Below, one piece after another: positions 1-10,786 of a DNA stretch of 64,000 nucleotides (its first letter is position 1; the number at the start of each line of letters is the position of its first letter). The translations under genes were made by a program, and so were the position numbers. Source of the stretch: Reclinomonas americana ATCC 50394 (taxonomy: Eukaryota); the NCBI GenBank assembly GCA_048213135.1, contig PS015009.1, forward strand, positions 682,001 through 746,000, in the 5' to 3' direction. The notes below the pieces were generated by a model. That model saw only the letters and a program-made list of their open reading frames with translations, was not told where the DNA came from and did not search any database.

Positions 1-721
1 GCATAAAGATGTATTGCATAACGAAAACAAGGTAGCGGAACAGCGATAAAGAGAGCAACCTTAACAAAATTTTCGCATCAAATGTTTCCAATACGTTAAT
101 ATAACGGGCAAACCTGTCGGAATAAGGCAGTTTTTCGATCAGCCGGATGAGCCAGCCCAGCCGGAAAAAGAAAAGCAGCAGTACCGTTACGCCGAAACAA
201 CTTCCGTAAAAGAATATACGCAACCAGAACACCGACAGTTCCATCGACAATACCTTTTCTCCGCCCTGCACCAGCAGGTAGGCCAGTCCCAGGCAGCCCA
301 TCAGTACCGTAATAATGAGTTGCGCCACGCTCCCGGCAATGGAAAGCGATATGGTATGAATGCGGTATTCTTCCTGCACAAATAACATACGGCCGGCATA
401 TTCACCAATACGGTTGGGCATATTTAATGAAAGCGTAACGCCCGACAGCACCGATTTAAAAGCCCGGAAAAAAGACAGGCGCTGCAGCGGCCGCATCAGC
501 AACTGCCATTTGCGGGCCTCTATACCCCAGTTCACAAATACCAGCGCTATCATGGCCCAGAATTTCCAGGCATCCGCACCGGAAGGAGCGGCTTTGATCA
601 GCGCGATGGCCTTATCCAGTCCTTCCTGGCTCCTTACCTGCTGGTAAAGCGAATAGAAAAGCCAGGCGGCCAGTACAGGCCCCGCGAACCACTTGATGAA
701 TATTTTAATACTTTTGTTCAA
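1..721 (-). CDS. Lysylphosphatidylglycerol synthase TM-region (UPF0104) membrane protein; runs off the window start
   Basis: Manual translation from TTG at 721: NKSIKIFIKWFAGPVLAAWLF..., containing PNRIGEYAGR and hydrophobic segments. Confidence 0.7.
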   Translation of the reverse strand, partial: MNKSIKIFIKWFAGPVLAAWLFYSLYQQVRSQEGLDKAIALIKAAPSGADAWKFWAMIALVFVNWGIEARKWQLLMRPLQRLSFFRAFKSVLSGVTLSLNMPNRIGEYAGRMLFVQEEYRIHTISLSIAGSVAQLIITVLMGCLGLAYLLVQGGEKVLSMELSVFWLRIFFYGSCFGVTVLLLFFFRLGWLIRLIEKLPYSDRFARYINVLETFDAKILLRLLSLSLFRYLVFVMQYIFM

Positions 722-765
722 TACACAATGATAGTGTAAATATTGAGCCCGGAAAATAATTCAGT

Positions 766-1332
766 GTGCCGAAAAAATCATCTGTCATATTGGGGATAGA
801 CCCCGGAACCATCATCATGGGCTACGGCCTCATCCGCGTGGAAGGCAATAAAGCCAGCCTGCTTGATATGGGCGTACTGCAACCCGGCAAGGTAGATGAT
901 GGCTATAAAAAACTGCAGCTCATTTTCAATACCGTAAGCGGCCTCATCACCCGTTACAACCCCGATCATTTTGCCATTGAAGCTCCCTTCTTTGGCAAGA
1001 ACGTGCAGAGTATGCTTAAACTGGGAAGGGCTCAGGGCGTAGCTATTGCCGCCGCCATGCGGCATGGTATAGAAGTGACCGAATACTCACCCAGGAAAAT
1101 AAAACAATCGGTAACGGGTAATGGCAACGCCGGAAAAGAACAGGTGATGCGGATGCTGCAACAGGTACTGCAGTTCTCCGAAGAACCTAAACATATGGAT
1201 GCCAGTGACGCACTCGCTGTAGCCATGTGCCATTTTTTACAGATCAGCGGCCCCGTAATCAAAGCAGCCAAAACAGCCAAAGGCTGGGAAGACTTTATAA
1301 AAAATAACCCGGGCAGGGTAAGGATAAAATGA
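766..1332 (+). CDS. ruvC: Holliday junction resolvase RuvC
   Basis: ILGIDPG, AIEAPF, LGRAQG and DALAVA motifs. Confidence 0.97.
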   Translation: MPKKSSVILGIDPGTIIMGYGLIRVEGNKASLLDMGVLQPGKVDDGYKKLQLIFNTVSGLITRYNPDHFAIEAPFFGKNVQSMLKLGRAQGVAIAAAMRHGIEVTEYSPRKIKQSVTGNGNAGKEQVMRMLQQVLQFSEEPKHMDASDALAVAMCHFLQISGPVIKAAKTAKGWEDFIKNNPGRVRIK

Positions 1333-1455
1333 AAATACCCTACCTTCAAAAAACCGGCTCCTCTACTCCGGTAACCACCTGGCACAGTTTACCGCTCTTA
1401 ACCGGCAGTTAACAAACATATCTGTGCTTTTCAGAAAACTTTGCACGAATAATCC

Positions 1456-2730
1456 ATGGTTATCCGGTCCAAAACATTACGCTTCGCGATCCTTACCAGC
1501 ATCATACTGGTAACCATCATCATCTGCATACAACTGTTCTGGTTGCAGAAGGTGTACCGTTACGAAGAAAAGCAGTTCAACATCAACGTGTCCAAGACCA
1601 TCCGCAGCATCTATTCCGACCTGGAACTGGTGAACGATGTATCGGATAATGTGCAGAAGGTGATTGAAAATCCCAAACCCGACCTTTACCTGGTACGCAT
1701 CGACTGTACCCCCATCCTGGATGATCTCTGGGAAACCATCAAAGCCGAGCTGACCGATTTTGACGTGTACTCCGACTGTAAAGCCGTTATCTACAGCCAC
1801 GATAAGAACCTCTACGTAGCGGAGAAATACATCGACCTGCCCGACTCTTATCATGGTACCGAAAAGGATATTTCCGTACCGGAATATAAACGCGACTACT
1901 CCTACATCGCCCTGTTCTTCCCCCACCGCGGACAATACATTTTAAAGCAGATGGTTTTCTGGATCGCCTCAAGCATTCTGCTCCTGCTGGTACTTATCGG
2001 GCTGGGCGCCTGTATTTTTTACCTGTACCGGCAGAAATTCCTGAACGAAACGCACAGAGATTTCGTAAATAATTTCACCCACGAATTCAAAACGCCCCTG
2101 GCGGTGATCAAGATAGCGGCGGATGTGATACGGCAACCCGGTATAGTTGAAAAACCCGAAAGGCTGGAAAACTACGCCAATATTATCGCCGAACAAACGT
2201 CTCACCTGCAGGGGCAGGTACAACGGTTACTGGAGATCGCTTATTCAGACCGCACTTCATTACCGCTGGAAAAAGAGCCGGCCGACATCAACATACTGGT
2301 ACGGCAGGCCATTAACGACCTGCAACCGCTTATCGATAATAAACAGGTGCTGCTTACCGTCAAAACTGCGGATCATCCGTATATGGTACAGGCAGATAAA
2401 GCGTACCTTTCACTTGCATTCATCAACCTGATCGAAAATGCGGTGAAGTATACACAACAGCAGCCGAAGATCGATATCGCGTTAACGGAAGATGAATCGG
2501 ATTACCTTATTGCTGTTACCGATAATGGTATTGGCATTGAACCCCAGTACCAGAAGAAAATATTTGAGCGGTTCTACCGGGTACCAACGGGTGAACTGCA
2601 TACGGCGAAAGGGTTTGGTTTGGGACTGAATTTTGTAAAACGCGTTGTTGATGCCCATGGCGGAAAGATAGAGGTACACAGCAGCCTGGGCAACGGCAGC
2701 ACATTTATTGTAAAAATTCCAAGGAGATAA
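1456..2730 (+). CDS. Membrane sensor histidine kinase
   Basis: Two TM segments, HEFKTPL H-box, NLIENAVKY, DNGIGI, GFGLGL. Confidence 0.95.
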   Translation: MVIRSKTLRFAILTSIILVTIIICIQLFWLQKVYRYEEKQFNINVSKTIRSIYSDLELVNDVSDNVQKVIENPKPDLYLVRIDCTPILDDLWETIKAELTDFDVYSDCKAVIYSHDKNLYVAEKYIDLPDSYHGTEKDISVPEYKRDYSYIALFFPHRGQYILKQMVFWIASSILLLLVLIGLGACIFYLYRQKFLNETHRDFVNNFTHEFKTPLAVIKIAADVIRQPGIVEKPERLENYANIIAEQTSHLQGQVQRLLEIAYSDRTSLPLEKEPADINILVRQAINDLQPLIDNKQVLLTVKTADHPYMVQADKAYLSLAFINLIENAVKYTQQQPKIDIALTEDESDYLIAVTDNGIGIEPQYQKKIFERFYRVPTGELHTAKGFGLGLNFVKRVVDAHGGKIEVHSSLGNGSTFIVKIPRR

Positions 2731-2732
2731 AT

Positions 2733-3425
2733 ATGAGCAAGGCGAAAGTTTTACTGGCAGAAGATGACCTGTCCCTGGGTTTTGTGATCAAGGATAACCT
2801 TCAGGATGAAGGCTACGAAGTAACCCATTGCCCCGACGGGGAAGTGGCCTGGCAACAATTCCAGAAAAAAGAATTTGACATTTGTTTACTCGACGTGAAT
2901 ATGCCGCTCCGCGATGGCTTCTCATTGGCCCGCAAGATCAGGCAGCAAAGCGATATGGTGCCCATCATTTTCCTCACCGCCAAAAGCCTGCAGGAAGATA
3001 AGATCCGTGGTTTCGAAACCGGTGCCGACGACTACATTACCAAGCCTTTCAGTATGCCCGAGCTGCTCATGCGCATGGATGTGTTCCTGCGCCGTACCAA
3101 AAAATTACAGGCCGATGCGGTGGAGGAATACCAGATCGGCAAACTGCGCTTTGTCTTCAATGAACTGAAAATATACAACGGCACGGAAGTGATCTCCCTC
3201 ACCCAAAGGGAATCCGACCTCCTCCGCTTCCTGGCCCAGCACATCAACAAAGTGCTGAAAAGAGAAGAAGTACTCCTGAATGTATGGGGCAAGGACGACT
3301 ATTTCCTGGGCCGCAGCATGGACGTATTCATCACCAAACTCCGCAAACACTTTAAGGCCGACCCTTCCATTGTGCTGGAAACCATACATGGGGTGGGGTT
3401 CAGGCTGTATGTTGCTAATTCTTAA
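2733..3425 (+). CDS. OmpR-family response regulator
   Basis: Receiver domain (LLAEDD, LLDVNMP, GADDYITKPF) plus winged helix (TIHGVGFRL); adjacent to the kinase. Confidence 0.95.
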   Translation: MSKAKVLLAEDDLSLGFVIKDNLQDEGYEVTHCPDGEVAWQQFQKKEFDICLLDVNMPLRDGFSLARKIRQQSDMVPIIFLTAKSLQEDKIRGFETGADDYITKPFSMPELLMRMDVFLRRTKKLQADAVEEYQIGKLRFVFNELKIYNGTEVISLTQRESDLLRFLAQHINKVLKREEVLLNVWGKDDYFLGRSMDVFITKLRKHFKADPSIVLETIHGVGFRLYVANS

Positions 3426-3478
3426 TTACGAATGATGAAAGGCCTTTTCAGACATTTTTCGGCTAACCAATTTTTTAT

Positions 3479-3868
3479 TTAGAGATGGGCGAGGATTTTT
3501 TCCTGTACGGCCTTCAATTCTTCAGAAGTTGCCTTTGATTTATGGCGGGTGAAGTTGAGGTCGTTGGCGGAGTTGATGGGCAGCAGGTGTACGTGGGCAT
3601 GCGGTACTTCCAGTCCCACCACACTTATACCGCAACGCTTGCAATCGAAGGCTTTTTCTATGGCCCTGGCAATAGGTTTGGCAAACACCAGTATACCGGC
3701 CAGGTAATCATCGGGAAGATCAAATACTTTATCCACCTCCGTTTTCGGCACCACCAGCACATGACCAGGCACCAGTGGTTCTATATCAAGAAAAGCGAAA
3801 AAATGCTCATTCTCGGTGATCTTATACGAAGGAATGTCACCGGCGATTATTTTGGAAAAGATGGTCAT
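3479..3868 (-). CDS. HIT family protein
   Basis: HAHVHL histidine triad; TIFSKII N-terminus. Confidence 0.93.
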   Translation of the reverse strand: MTIFSKIIAGDIPSYKITENEHFFAFLDIEPLVPGHVLVVPKTEVDKVFDLPDDYLAGILVFAKPIARAIEKAFDCKRCGISVVGLEVPHAHVHLLPINSANDLNFTRHKSKATSEELKAVQEKILAHL

Positions 3869-3871
3869 ATT

Positions 3872-3981
3872 AATTACGAATTAGGAATTACAAATTACGA
3901 ATTAAATACGCATCCATACATCAGAAAAAAGCATCCCGGTGAGGAGATGCTTACGTCATTCGTAATTCCTAATTCGTAATT
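3872..3981. repeat. Heptamer (AATTACG/AATTAGG) tandem repeats forming a 20-bp inverted repeat around a terminator-like hairpin
   Basis: AATTACGAATTAGGAATTAC (3872-3891) is the exact reverse complement of GTAATTCCTAATTCGTAATT (3962-3981); inner AAGCATC...GATGCTT. Confidence 0.7.
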
Positions 3982-4453
3982 ATAAACCAATATCCTCAAT
4001 TTTAAACTTCAGCACTCCTGCCGGTACCTGCACTTCCACTTCATCGCCTACCAGTTTGCCGAGCAGCCCCTTACCAATGGGTGAAGTAACGGATATCTTG
4101 CCCAGTTTAAGATCGGCCTCTTTTTCAGAAACGATCTGGTAGGTCACCTGTTTTTTTGTATTGAGGTTGGTCAGCGATACTTTGGTGAGGATGCTTACCT
4201 TACTGGTATCGATATTGGTTTCGTCGAGGATACGGGCGGTGGCAATAACGCCTTCCAGGTATTTGATCTTGGCTTCCAGCATACCCTGTGCTTCTTTGGC
4301 AGCATCGTATTCGGCGTTTTCCTTAAGGTCACCTTTTTCCCTTGCTTCGGCAATGGCCTTGCTGGCAGCGGGCCTGTCTACCGAACGCATCACGTGCAGT
4401 TCTTCCTTCATCTTTTCAAAGGTATCCTTGGTTACATAATTGGTCTCGCTCAT
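3980..4453 (-). CDS. greA: Transcription elongation factor GreA
   Basis: GDLKENAEYDAAK and ISVTSPIGKGLLG motifs. Confidence 0.97.
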   Translation of the reverse strand: MSETNYVTKDTFEKMKEELHVMRSVDRPAASKAIAEAREKGDLKENAEYDAAKEAQGMLEAKIKYLEGVIATARILDETNIDTSKVSILTKVSLTNLNTKKQVTYQIVSEKEADLKLGKISVTSPIGKGLLGKLVGDEVEVQVPAGVLKFKIEDIGL

Positions 4454-4531
4454 AAAAATTCTTTTAATGTACAGAAAAAAAATACAACGCCCCGGGAGTG
4501 CCCAAGGCGTTGCATCTGTTACAAATATAAC

Positions 4532-5461
4532 TCAGATTTCCATTTTATCCAATAGCACTTTACCCATTTTATAGAACGCTTCATGGGAGTAACCGGCAAT
4601 ATGCGGGGTAAGCAGCACATTGGAGCGGCTGCTAAGGCTATCGAGATCAGCTTGCTGCTGAGGCGTAAGCGTATCCAGCTTTTCATTCTCCAGTACGTCC
4701 AGCGCGGCGCCGGCAACAAGTCCCTGATCAAGCGCCCTGATGAGGGCTGCTGTTTCCACTACGGGGCCACGGGAAGTATTGATTATAAAAGGTTTTTGCT
4801 CCAGGCTGCTGAAGAACTGGTCGTTGGCCATATACCTGCTGTCTGCTGTAAGCGGCACATGAAAGCTGATCACATCGGCATAACGCCCGATCTGTTCGAG
4901 GTTAGCCTCGCGGATATGTTCATTGCCAAAACCAAATTTAAATTTATCGTAGGCCATAATGGTGACATCAAAAGCCGCCAGCAGTTTCGCGAATGCCATA
5001 CCCGTGTTGCCGAATCCTACCAGTCCCACCGCTTTTCCGCTGAGCTCTGTACCCCTGTTGGCCTCCCGTATCCATTTGCCTTCCTTGATCTCCTCACTGC
5101 TGGTACCAATATGGTTCATCAGGTTCAGCAACATCCCCAGTGCATGTTCCGCCACGGCATTGCGGTTGCCTTCAGGACTGCTGTAACAGGCAATGCCACG
5201 GCTTTCGGCATAAGGCACATCTACCAGTTCCATACCACTGCCCAGCCGGCCTATCCATTTCAGTTCGCCCGCTTTATCGATCATGGCTTTGTCTATCTTC
5301 AACCGGGTGGTAATGATAAGTCCCGCAGCCGCAGGTATCCTCCCGGTCAGTTCATCATAACTGATCTGCGGCGAATAATCAACCGTGTAGCCTGCCTTCT
5401 CCAGTCGGCTGATAACGGCATCATGCACGAGCGCTGTTATGATCACGAGTTTCCCTTTCAT
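4532..5461 (-). CDS. D-isomer-specific 2-hydroxyacid dehydrogenase (SerA-like)
   Basis: [30 protein letters not shown]. Confidence 0.92.
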   Translation of the reverse strand: MKGKLVIITALVHDAVISRLEKAGYTVDYSPQISYDELTGRIPAAAGLIITTRLKIDKAMIDKAGELKWIGRLGSGMELVDVPYAESRGIACYSSPEGNRNAVAEHALGMLLNLMNHIGTSSEEIKEGKWIREANRGTELSGKAVGLVGFGNTGMAFAKLLAAFDVTIMAYDKFKFGFGNEHIREANLEQIGRYADVISFHVPLTADSRYMANDQFFSSLEQKPFIINTSRGPVVETAALIRALDQGLVAGAALDVLENEKLDTLTPQQQADLDSLSSRSNVLLTPHIAGYSHEAFYKMGKVLLDKMEI

Positions 5462-5501
5462 TTTAATTTTTTATATCTTACCCAAAATTAACCCTGCTTT
5501 T

Positions 5502-6017
5502 ATGTTTTTACCGAAACTGTTACTGTCCCTCACTTTGTTACTGCCTGCTGCTGTTATGGCGCAGAATGAAATTTCCGAAAAGAAACCGGTTACCATCAAT
5601 GGTATCGAATACGGGTATATCGTAAAGAACGAACAAACCAAATCGGCCAAGGGCGAAGATTACAGCCGTTACGAGATCACGCTGTACGCTACCAATAAAA
5701 CAGGCTGCACCAGGTTGTATGCCAACAATACAGGTTTACTTTATTCTGATAACAGCAACCTGCTGGTCACTTTCGACTGCACAAATGCCAATGGTAAAAG
5801 ACTCACGGCCAAAAGCGGCACGGTAAGGGCCCGCGACTTTTATGTAAGCACCAAAGTAAAACCCGAAGGCAAGGATACCAAGGAAGTAACCCAGTCGGTT
5901 AAAGTGGGTTATATCTTCCGCAACGGCGAATCGCTGCGCAGCAATATCATTGTGCTGGTACCGCTGGGTCAAAGTCCTGTTCTGACTTTTATGCCCAATA
6001 GTCCTGCCGAACTTTAG
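5502..6017 (+). CDS. Hypothetical exported protein
   Basis: Signal-peptide-like N-terminus MFLPKLLLSLTLLLPAAVMA; start reassigned to ATG 5502. Confidence 0.7.
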   Translation: MFLPKLLLSLTLLLPAAVMAQNEISEKKPVTINGIEYGYIVKNEQTKSAKGEDYSRYEITLYATNKTGCTRLYANNTGLLYSDNSNLLVTFDCTNANGKRLTAKSGTVRARDFYVSTKVKPEGKDTKEVTQSVKVGYIFRNGESLRSNIIVLVPLGQSPVLTFMPNSPAEL

Positions 6018-6403
6018 CGGGCAACGATCATACTGATCTCCACGTTCACATTTTTCGGCAGCCCTTTAACAGCAACGGTCTCCCGTGCCGGGAAGCCCGC
6101 TTCAGCATCCGTGAAATATTGTCCGTATACTTCATTCACACGGCCAAACAGGTCCATATCGCTCAGGAATATGGTGGTTTTTACCACGCTGGCAAAAGTT
6201 ACGCCGGCCTCAGTAAGGATGGCCGACAGGTTCTTCATAACCTGGTGTGTTTCGGTGGCGATGTCGGCATTGGCCAGGTCGGAAGTGCCCGGCACCAGTG
6301 CGATCTGCCCGGAAATGAAGATAAGGTTGCCGGTAGCTACAGCCTGGCTGTAAGGGCCGATAGGTGCAGGCGCATTAGTGGTGTTGATGATCTGTTTGCT
6401 CAT
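6014..6403 (-). CDS. ridA: RidA/YjgF family deaminase
   Basis: APAPIGPYSQA, FPARETV, VEI motifs. Confidence 0.93.
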   Translation of the reverse strand: MSKQIINTTNAPAPIGPYSQAVATGNLIFISGQIALVPGTSDLANADIATETHQVMKNLSAILTEAGVTFASVVKTTIFLSDMDLFGRVNEVYGQYFTDAEAGFPARETVAVKGLPKNVNVEISMIVAR

Positions 6404-6530
6404 GGTGAATTGAATTGAGGATGCAAAGATAAGCGTAAGCGGTCAGTCATTAGCCAGGCATGACTTCATCCCTTTTTTGCCATTGCCTTTTTACTTTTTA
6501 CTTTTGACTTCTTTTATCAACTGGCAAAGT

Positions 6531-7145
6531 ATGCAGATCGTGATCACAGCCGGCAACCGGCAATGGGAGGAAATAACAAACGGTAACGGGCATATTGACT
6601 GGGTACGGGTAGATGATGCTTCCGGGTTCAGCGCCTACCCGCAGGCAGACGCTTACTTCAACCTGCACGACGATGCCGCCAGTGCGGAATATCCCGTCAC
6701 CGGCCAACCCGTTTTCATCAACAGCGTCATTACTACCCTGTCGGAAATGAACGCACCAGCTCCTGTCATCCGCATCAACGGCTGGGCGGGATTCACCGGC
6801 AGGAACGTATGGGATGTGGCGGGGCAGACAAATGAAAAAGCTGAACAGGTGTTGGCAGCCCTCGGTAAAAAAGCAGTCGCGGCGCCTGACCAGCCCGGGC
6901 TGATTGCCGCGAGGGTAATTGCCATGATCATCAATGAAGCCTTTTATGCTGTGGGCGATGGTGTAAGCAGCCGTGAAGAGACGGACATTGCTATGAAACT
7001 GGGCACCAATTATCCTTACGGTCCTTTTGAGTGGTGCAATGCTATTGGCACGAACAATGTAGCTGCACTGCTGCAGAAATTATCGGGTACAGATAGCCGT
7101 TATACACCCGCTCCATTACTCATCAAAGAAAGTCAGCCAGCATGA
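6531..7145 (+). CDS. 3-hydroxyacyl-CoA dehydrogenase C-terminal-domain protein
   Basis: IINEAF...DIAMKLGTNYPYGPFEW motif; start reassigned to ATG 6531. Confidence 0.8.
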   Translation: MQIVITAGNRQWEEITNGNGHIDWVRVDDASGFSAYPQADAYFNLHDDAASAEYPVTGQPVFINSVITTLSEMNAPAPVIRINGWAGFTGRNVWDVAGQTNEKAEQVLAALGKKAVAAPDQPGLIAARVIAMIINEAFYAVGDGVSSREETDIAMKLGTNYPYGPFEWCNAIGTNNVAALLQKLSGTDSRYTPAPLLIKESQPA

Positions 7146-7822
7146 GCCTGATCCTGCAAATAGATACCGCAACGGAAAAAGCACACGTGTCGCTGGCACG
7201 CGATGGCAGGGTATTACAACAGTTGCGTAGCGATTCACAAAAAGACCACGCTTCTTTTCTGCAGCCTGCTATCGGGCAACTGGTGAAAGAGGAAGGTGTA
7301 ACGCTGAATGATATTGATGCGGTTTCCGTAACGATGGGACCGGGCTCCTACACCGGTTTGCGCGTGGGCATGGCCAGCGCGAAAGGACTGTGTTATGTAC
7401 TCAATAAACCACTCATTGCCCTGAATACGCTGGAAGTGATCGCCTTGTCAACTAAGCACGCAGCAGGCGCACAGGACGCCGCCACGTTGTTCTGCCCAAT
7501 GATTGATGCCCGGCGTATGGAAGTGTTTACTGCGCTTTACAACAGCAGCAGACAACTCATTCTGGAGCCATGCGCCATGATACTGGACAACACTTCATTT
7601 AACACGGAACTGGAGAAAAGTGTCGTTCTGTTTTCCGGGAACGGTTCCGCTAAGTTCCGCTCGGTTTGCGATCACCCCAATGCCCGCTTTTATGACGTTG
7701 CCGTGACAGCAGAAGCAATGGCAACACTCTCCCTGGAACAGTTTTCCGCACAACGTTTCGCCAGCCTGGCCTATACGGAGCCGCTGTATATAAAAGAGTT
7801 TCAGGACTTTACTTCCCGGTAG
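7142..7822 (+). CDS. tsaB: tRNA t6A biosynthesis protein TsaB
   Basis: ILQIDTAT, GPGSYTGLRVG, IDARRMEV, EPLY. Confidence 0.95.
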   Translation: MSLILQIDTATEKAHVSLARDGRVLQQLRSDSQKDHASFLQPAIGQLVKEEGVTLNDIDAVSVTMGPGSYTGLRVGMASAKGLCYVLNKPLIALNTLEVIALSTKHAAGAQDAATLFCPMIDARRMEVFTALYNSSRQLILEPCAMILDNTSFNTELEKSVVLFSGNGSAKFRSVCDHPNARFYDVAVTAEAMATLSLEQFSAQRFASLAYTEPLYIKEFQDFTSR

Positions 7823-7900
7823 GCTATCCGGCACATTTACCGTTTGTCATTTTTTTATTTCGTTAACATCTTGTTTAACGGTTGCATAAGCAATTATCAG

Positions 7901-7908
7901 TATATTTG
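7901..7908 (+). promoter_or_regulatory. Bacteroidota sigma-A -7 element (TAnnTTTG)
   Basis: TATATTTG upstream of the ArsR gene; the same motif precedes other genes at 8372, 23572, 42123 and 55648. Confidence 0.55.
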
Positions 7909-7950
7909 CATGTTCAAACATTGTTCAAGCATAATTAAAATTTAATTCTT

Positions 7951-8304
7951 ATGATGGTTGCGACTCAATCTCGTGAACAGGCTCCTGTGTCTGCTAAGTT
8001 CTCTCCCGATTCATCTGTCAATGTTGATTACCATGCGCTGAAAAAAGCAGCACTGGTTTTAAGGGCGCTGAACCATAAACTCCGCCAGCAATTGCTGAAA
8101 CTGATCGATGAGGAGAAAAAGATAACTGTAACTGAAATCTATGTGCGCCTGCGCCTGGAACAGTCTGTGGCTTCACAGCACCTTGCTATCCTGCGTAAAG
8201 CCGGTATTGTAAGCACAGAGCGTGATGGCAAATTCATTTTCTATACGGTTAACTACAAACGCCTCGACGAGATCGGGCAGTTTGTGAAAGACCTGGTAGG
8301 GTAA
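7951..8304 (+). CDS. ArsR/SmtB family transcriptional regulator
   Basis: LRALNHKLR...QSVASQHLAILRKAGIV HTH. Confidence 0.9.
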   Translation: MMVATQSREQAPVSAKFSPDSSVNVDYHALKKAALVLRALNHKLRQQLLKLIDEEKKITVTEIYVRLRLEQSVASQHLAILRKAGIVSTERDGKFIFYTVNYKRLDEIGQFVKDLVG

Positions 8305-8404
8305 CACAGCACGTGATATTTTTTGTAAGCGGATGTACCCTGTATGTCCGCTTATTTATTTCCAATATCGCTAACTTTGCATCACTGTTCTTAAACTCCC
8401 GATC

Positions 8405-9808
8405 ATGTTCATCAAGCAATTATATACCGGCTGTCTCAGCGAGGCGGCCTATTACATCGAAAGTGAAGGTGAGGCCGCTATCATCGACCCTCTTCGCGAT
8501 ATTGATGAGTACATTGCGCTGGCAGAGGAAAGAAACGCCGGCATCAAGTATATCTTTGAAACCCATTTCCACGCCGATTTTGTAAGCGGACATCTTGACC
8601 TTGCCAAGGCCACCGGTGCACCGATCATTTATGGCCCCGGCGCTCAAACCGCGTTCAAAGCCTACAACAGCAACGACGGCGAAGTCTTCAAACTGGGTAA
8701 AGTCACCATTGAAGTTTTGCATACACCGGGTCACACGATTGAAAGCACCTGCTACCTGCTGCGCAACGAAGAAGGTGAACCTCATGCCCTCTTCACCGGC
8801 GATACGCTTTTTGTGGGTGATGTTGGCCGTCCCGATCTCAGCAGCGGTGATCTCACCAGCGAAGAACTGGCAGGTATTATGTACGACACGCTGCAAAATA
8901 AAATACTGCCACTCCCCGACCAGGTAATTGTATATCCTGCTCATGGCGCCGGCAGCAGTTGTGGTAAAAATTTAGGTCCTGAGACCTACAGTACTATCGG
9001 CGAACAAAAACGCACCAACTATGCGTTGCAGCCACAAACCCGCGACGAATTCATCAGGGCGGTAACCGACGGACTGGCTGTAGCACCCAAATATTTCGCT
9101 ATTAACGCGAAGATCAATATGGAAGGCTACGACAGCCTGGAGGAAGTTAAACAGAACGGGCTTACACCGCTCGACCTGGTGGCATTTAAAGAACAAATGG
9201 CCGATGGTGTTATGATACTGGATACCCGACATGCTTCAGTATTCACACAGGGCTTTATCCCTGGCAGCATTTTCATTGGCCTTGAAGGAAGGTTCGCGGA
9301 ATGGGCAGGCAGCCTTTTGCCTTTCGATCAGCCGATGATACTGGTTACGGAACCCGGCGCTGAAGAAGAAACCGTGATACGTTTATCAAGAGTTGGTTTT
9401 GACAAAATGAAAGGCTACCTGAAAGGTGGTTTCGAGACCTGGAGTACATCCGGTGAACCCACCGACCTGGTGATAGATGTGGAATCTGACGAACTGGCCA
9501 TGGACATCCCTCACGATCCCAACCTGCTCATCGTTGATGTACGCAAGGAAACCGAATTTGCTGACGGACATGTAAAGAATGCAGAGAACTTCCCGCTGAA
9601 TGACATGACCGATGTAATGAAACTGTCGCATTTTGAAGACAGCCAGAACCTGTACATACATTGTGCCGGCGGCTATCGCAGTGTGATCGCCATTTCTTTA
9701 CTGAAACGCCAGGGCATTCACAACCTCCGCAATGTACTGGGTGGCTGGAGTAAGATCAGGAACCAGGAAGGCATTAAAATAGAGAAAGACGCAAGTGTGC
9801 TGAATTAA
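8405..9808 (+). CDS. MBL-fold persulfide-dioxygenase-like protein with rhodanese domains
   Basis: THFHADFVSG, HTPGHT, TGDTLF, PAHG; C-terminal HCAGGYRS rhodanese loop. Confidence 0.9.
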   Translation: MFIKQLYTGCLSEAAYYIESEGEAAIIDPLRDIDEYIALAEERNAGIKYIFETHFHADFVSGHLDLAKATGAPIIYGPGAQTAFKAYNSNDGEVFKLGKVTIEVLHTPGHTIESTCYLLRNEEGEPHALFTGDTLFVGDVGRPDLSSGDLTSEELAGIMYDTLQNKILPLPDQVIVYPAHGAGSSCGKNLGPETYSTIGEQKRTNYALQPQTRDEFIRAVTDGLAVAPKYFAINAKINMEGYDSLEEVKQNGLTPLDLVAFKEQMADGVMILDTRHASVFTQGFIPGSIFIGLEGRFAEWAGSLLPFDQPMILVTEPGAEEETVIRLSRVGFDKMKGYLKGGFETWSTSGEPTDLVIDVESDELAMDIPHDPNLLIVDVRKETEFADGHVKNAENFPLNDMTDVMKLSHFEDSQNLYIHCAGGYRSVIAISLLKRQGIHNLRNVLGGWSKIRNQEGIKIEKDASVLN

Positions 9809-9836
9809 TCTGGTTTTCAGTATGCACTACTACTAT

Positions 9837-9870
9837 ATTCACGGAGCAGGAAATTTCTGCTCCGTTTTTT
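9837..9870. terminator. Intrinsic terminator between convergent genes
   Basis: ACGGAGCAG-GAAATTT-CTGCTCCGT followed by a T-run. Confidence 0.75.
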
Positions 9871-10771
9871 ATTGTACGGGAGGAGGAGTTGTATCAATCC
9901 ATTCTTTTTCAAATTCAGGCGTGTAATTGAATTTCCAGCGGCGATGACTCCAGAGATAGATGTCAGGTTCTTCGGTGATCGCCATTTCCAGGTAATCGCG
10001 GTATAAACGTGTCAGTTCACCCTGCTGAAGGGTGGAAGTATCTTTACAAACCAGTTTGAACTCCGACTGGTATCGCCCCCTGCCCTTCTTGACCATTCTT
10101 CCGAACACGACTGCTTCTTTCTTGATCATTGCATTCTTTTCCGGCCCTTTGATAAAGGGGGTTGGCCTTCCGAAAAAGTTAAGCCAGTAGCCGCTTGCCG
10201 CTGCCGCAGGAGTTTGGTCGGCAATAAGCGTAAGCACATGCACTTTCTTTCTCCATTTTACCAGCCCGAAGCGCATATTCGTTGCCGGTAGTAACTCGGT
10301 ACCAAACCGGGCACGCATGTTAAAGAACAGCTTGTCCAATGGTTTACTGCTGATGGGCATATACACAATCACCGTAGGCTGTTTTACATGTATTGCCATG
10401 TGCAGGTTGATCCATTCCCAGTTGAACTGGTGCCCGCCATGGAACTGACAGGAAATGCCTTCGCGGTTTAGTTCCTCGAATATGCTCATATCGCCGGTAC
10501 AATGCTTTTCAAAAAAAGAGCGGCTGGCAGAGATACACTTGAGTGTCTCGATAAAGTTATCCGTGAAATTGCGGTGAAACTTCCTGGCGATCTTTTTTCT
10601 TTCTTCCTCCGTTTTTGAAGGAAAGGCGATGTGAATATTCTGCTCAATGATCTTTCTCCTGTAACCGATCATCCGGAACAGCAGGAATGCCGTGATGTCG
10701 CTGATGACATACATCACCGGCAGCGGCAGCAGGGAAACCAGGTATAAAAAGCCATACAGGATGTAATACAT
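9869..10771 (-). CDS. Lipid A lauroyl/myristoyl acyltransferase family protein
   Basis: HQFNWE, IADQ, FFG and YLWSHRRWK motifs. Confidence 0.9.
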   Translation of the reverse strand: MYYILYGFLYLVSLLPLPVMYVISDITAFLLFRMIGYRRKIIEQNIHIAFPSKTEEERKKIARKFHRNFTDNFIETLKCISASRSFFEKHCTGDMSIFEELNREGISCQFHGGHQFNWEWINLHMAIHVKQPTVIVYMPISSKPLDKLFFNMRARFGTELLPATNMRFGLVKWRKKVHVLTLIADQTPAAAASGYWLNFFGRPTPFIKGPEKNAMIKKEAVVFGRMVKKGRGRYQSEFKLVCKDTSTLQQGELTRLYRDYLEMAITEEPDIYLWSHRRWKFNYTPEFEKEWIDTTPPPVQ

Positions 10772-10786
10772 GCTTTGTGTTGGGGT

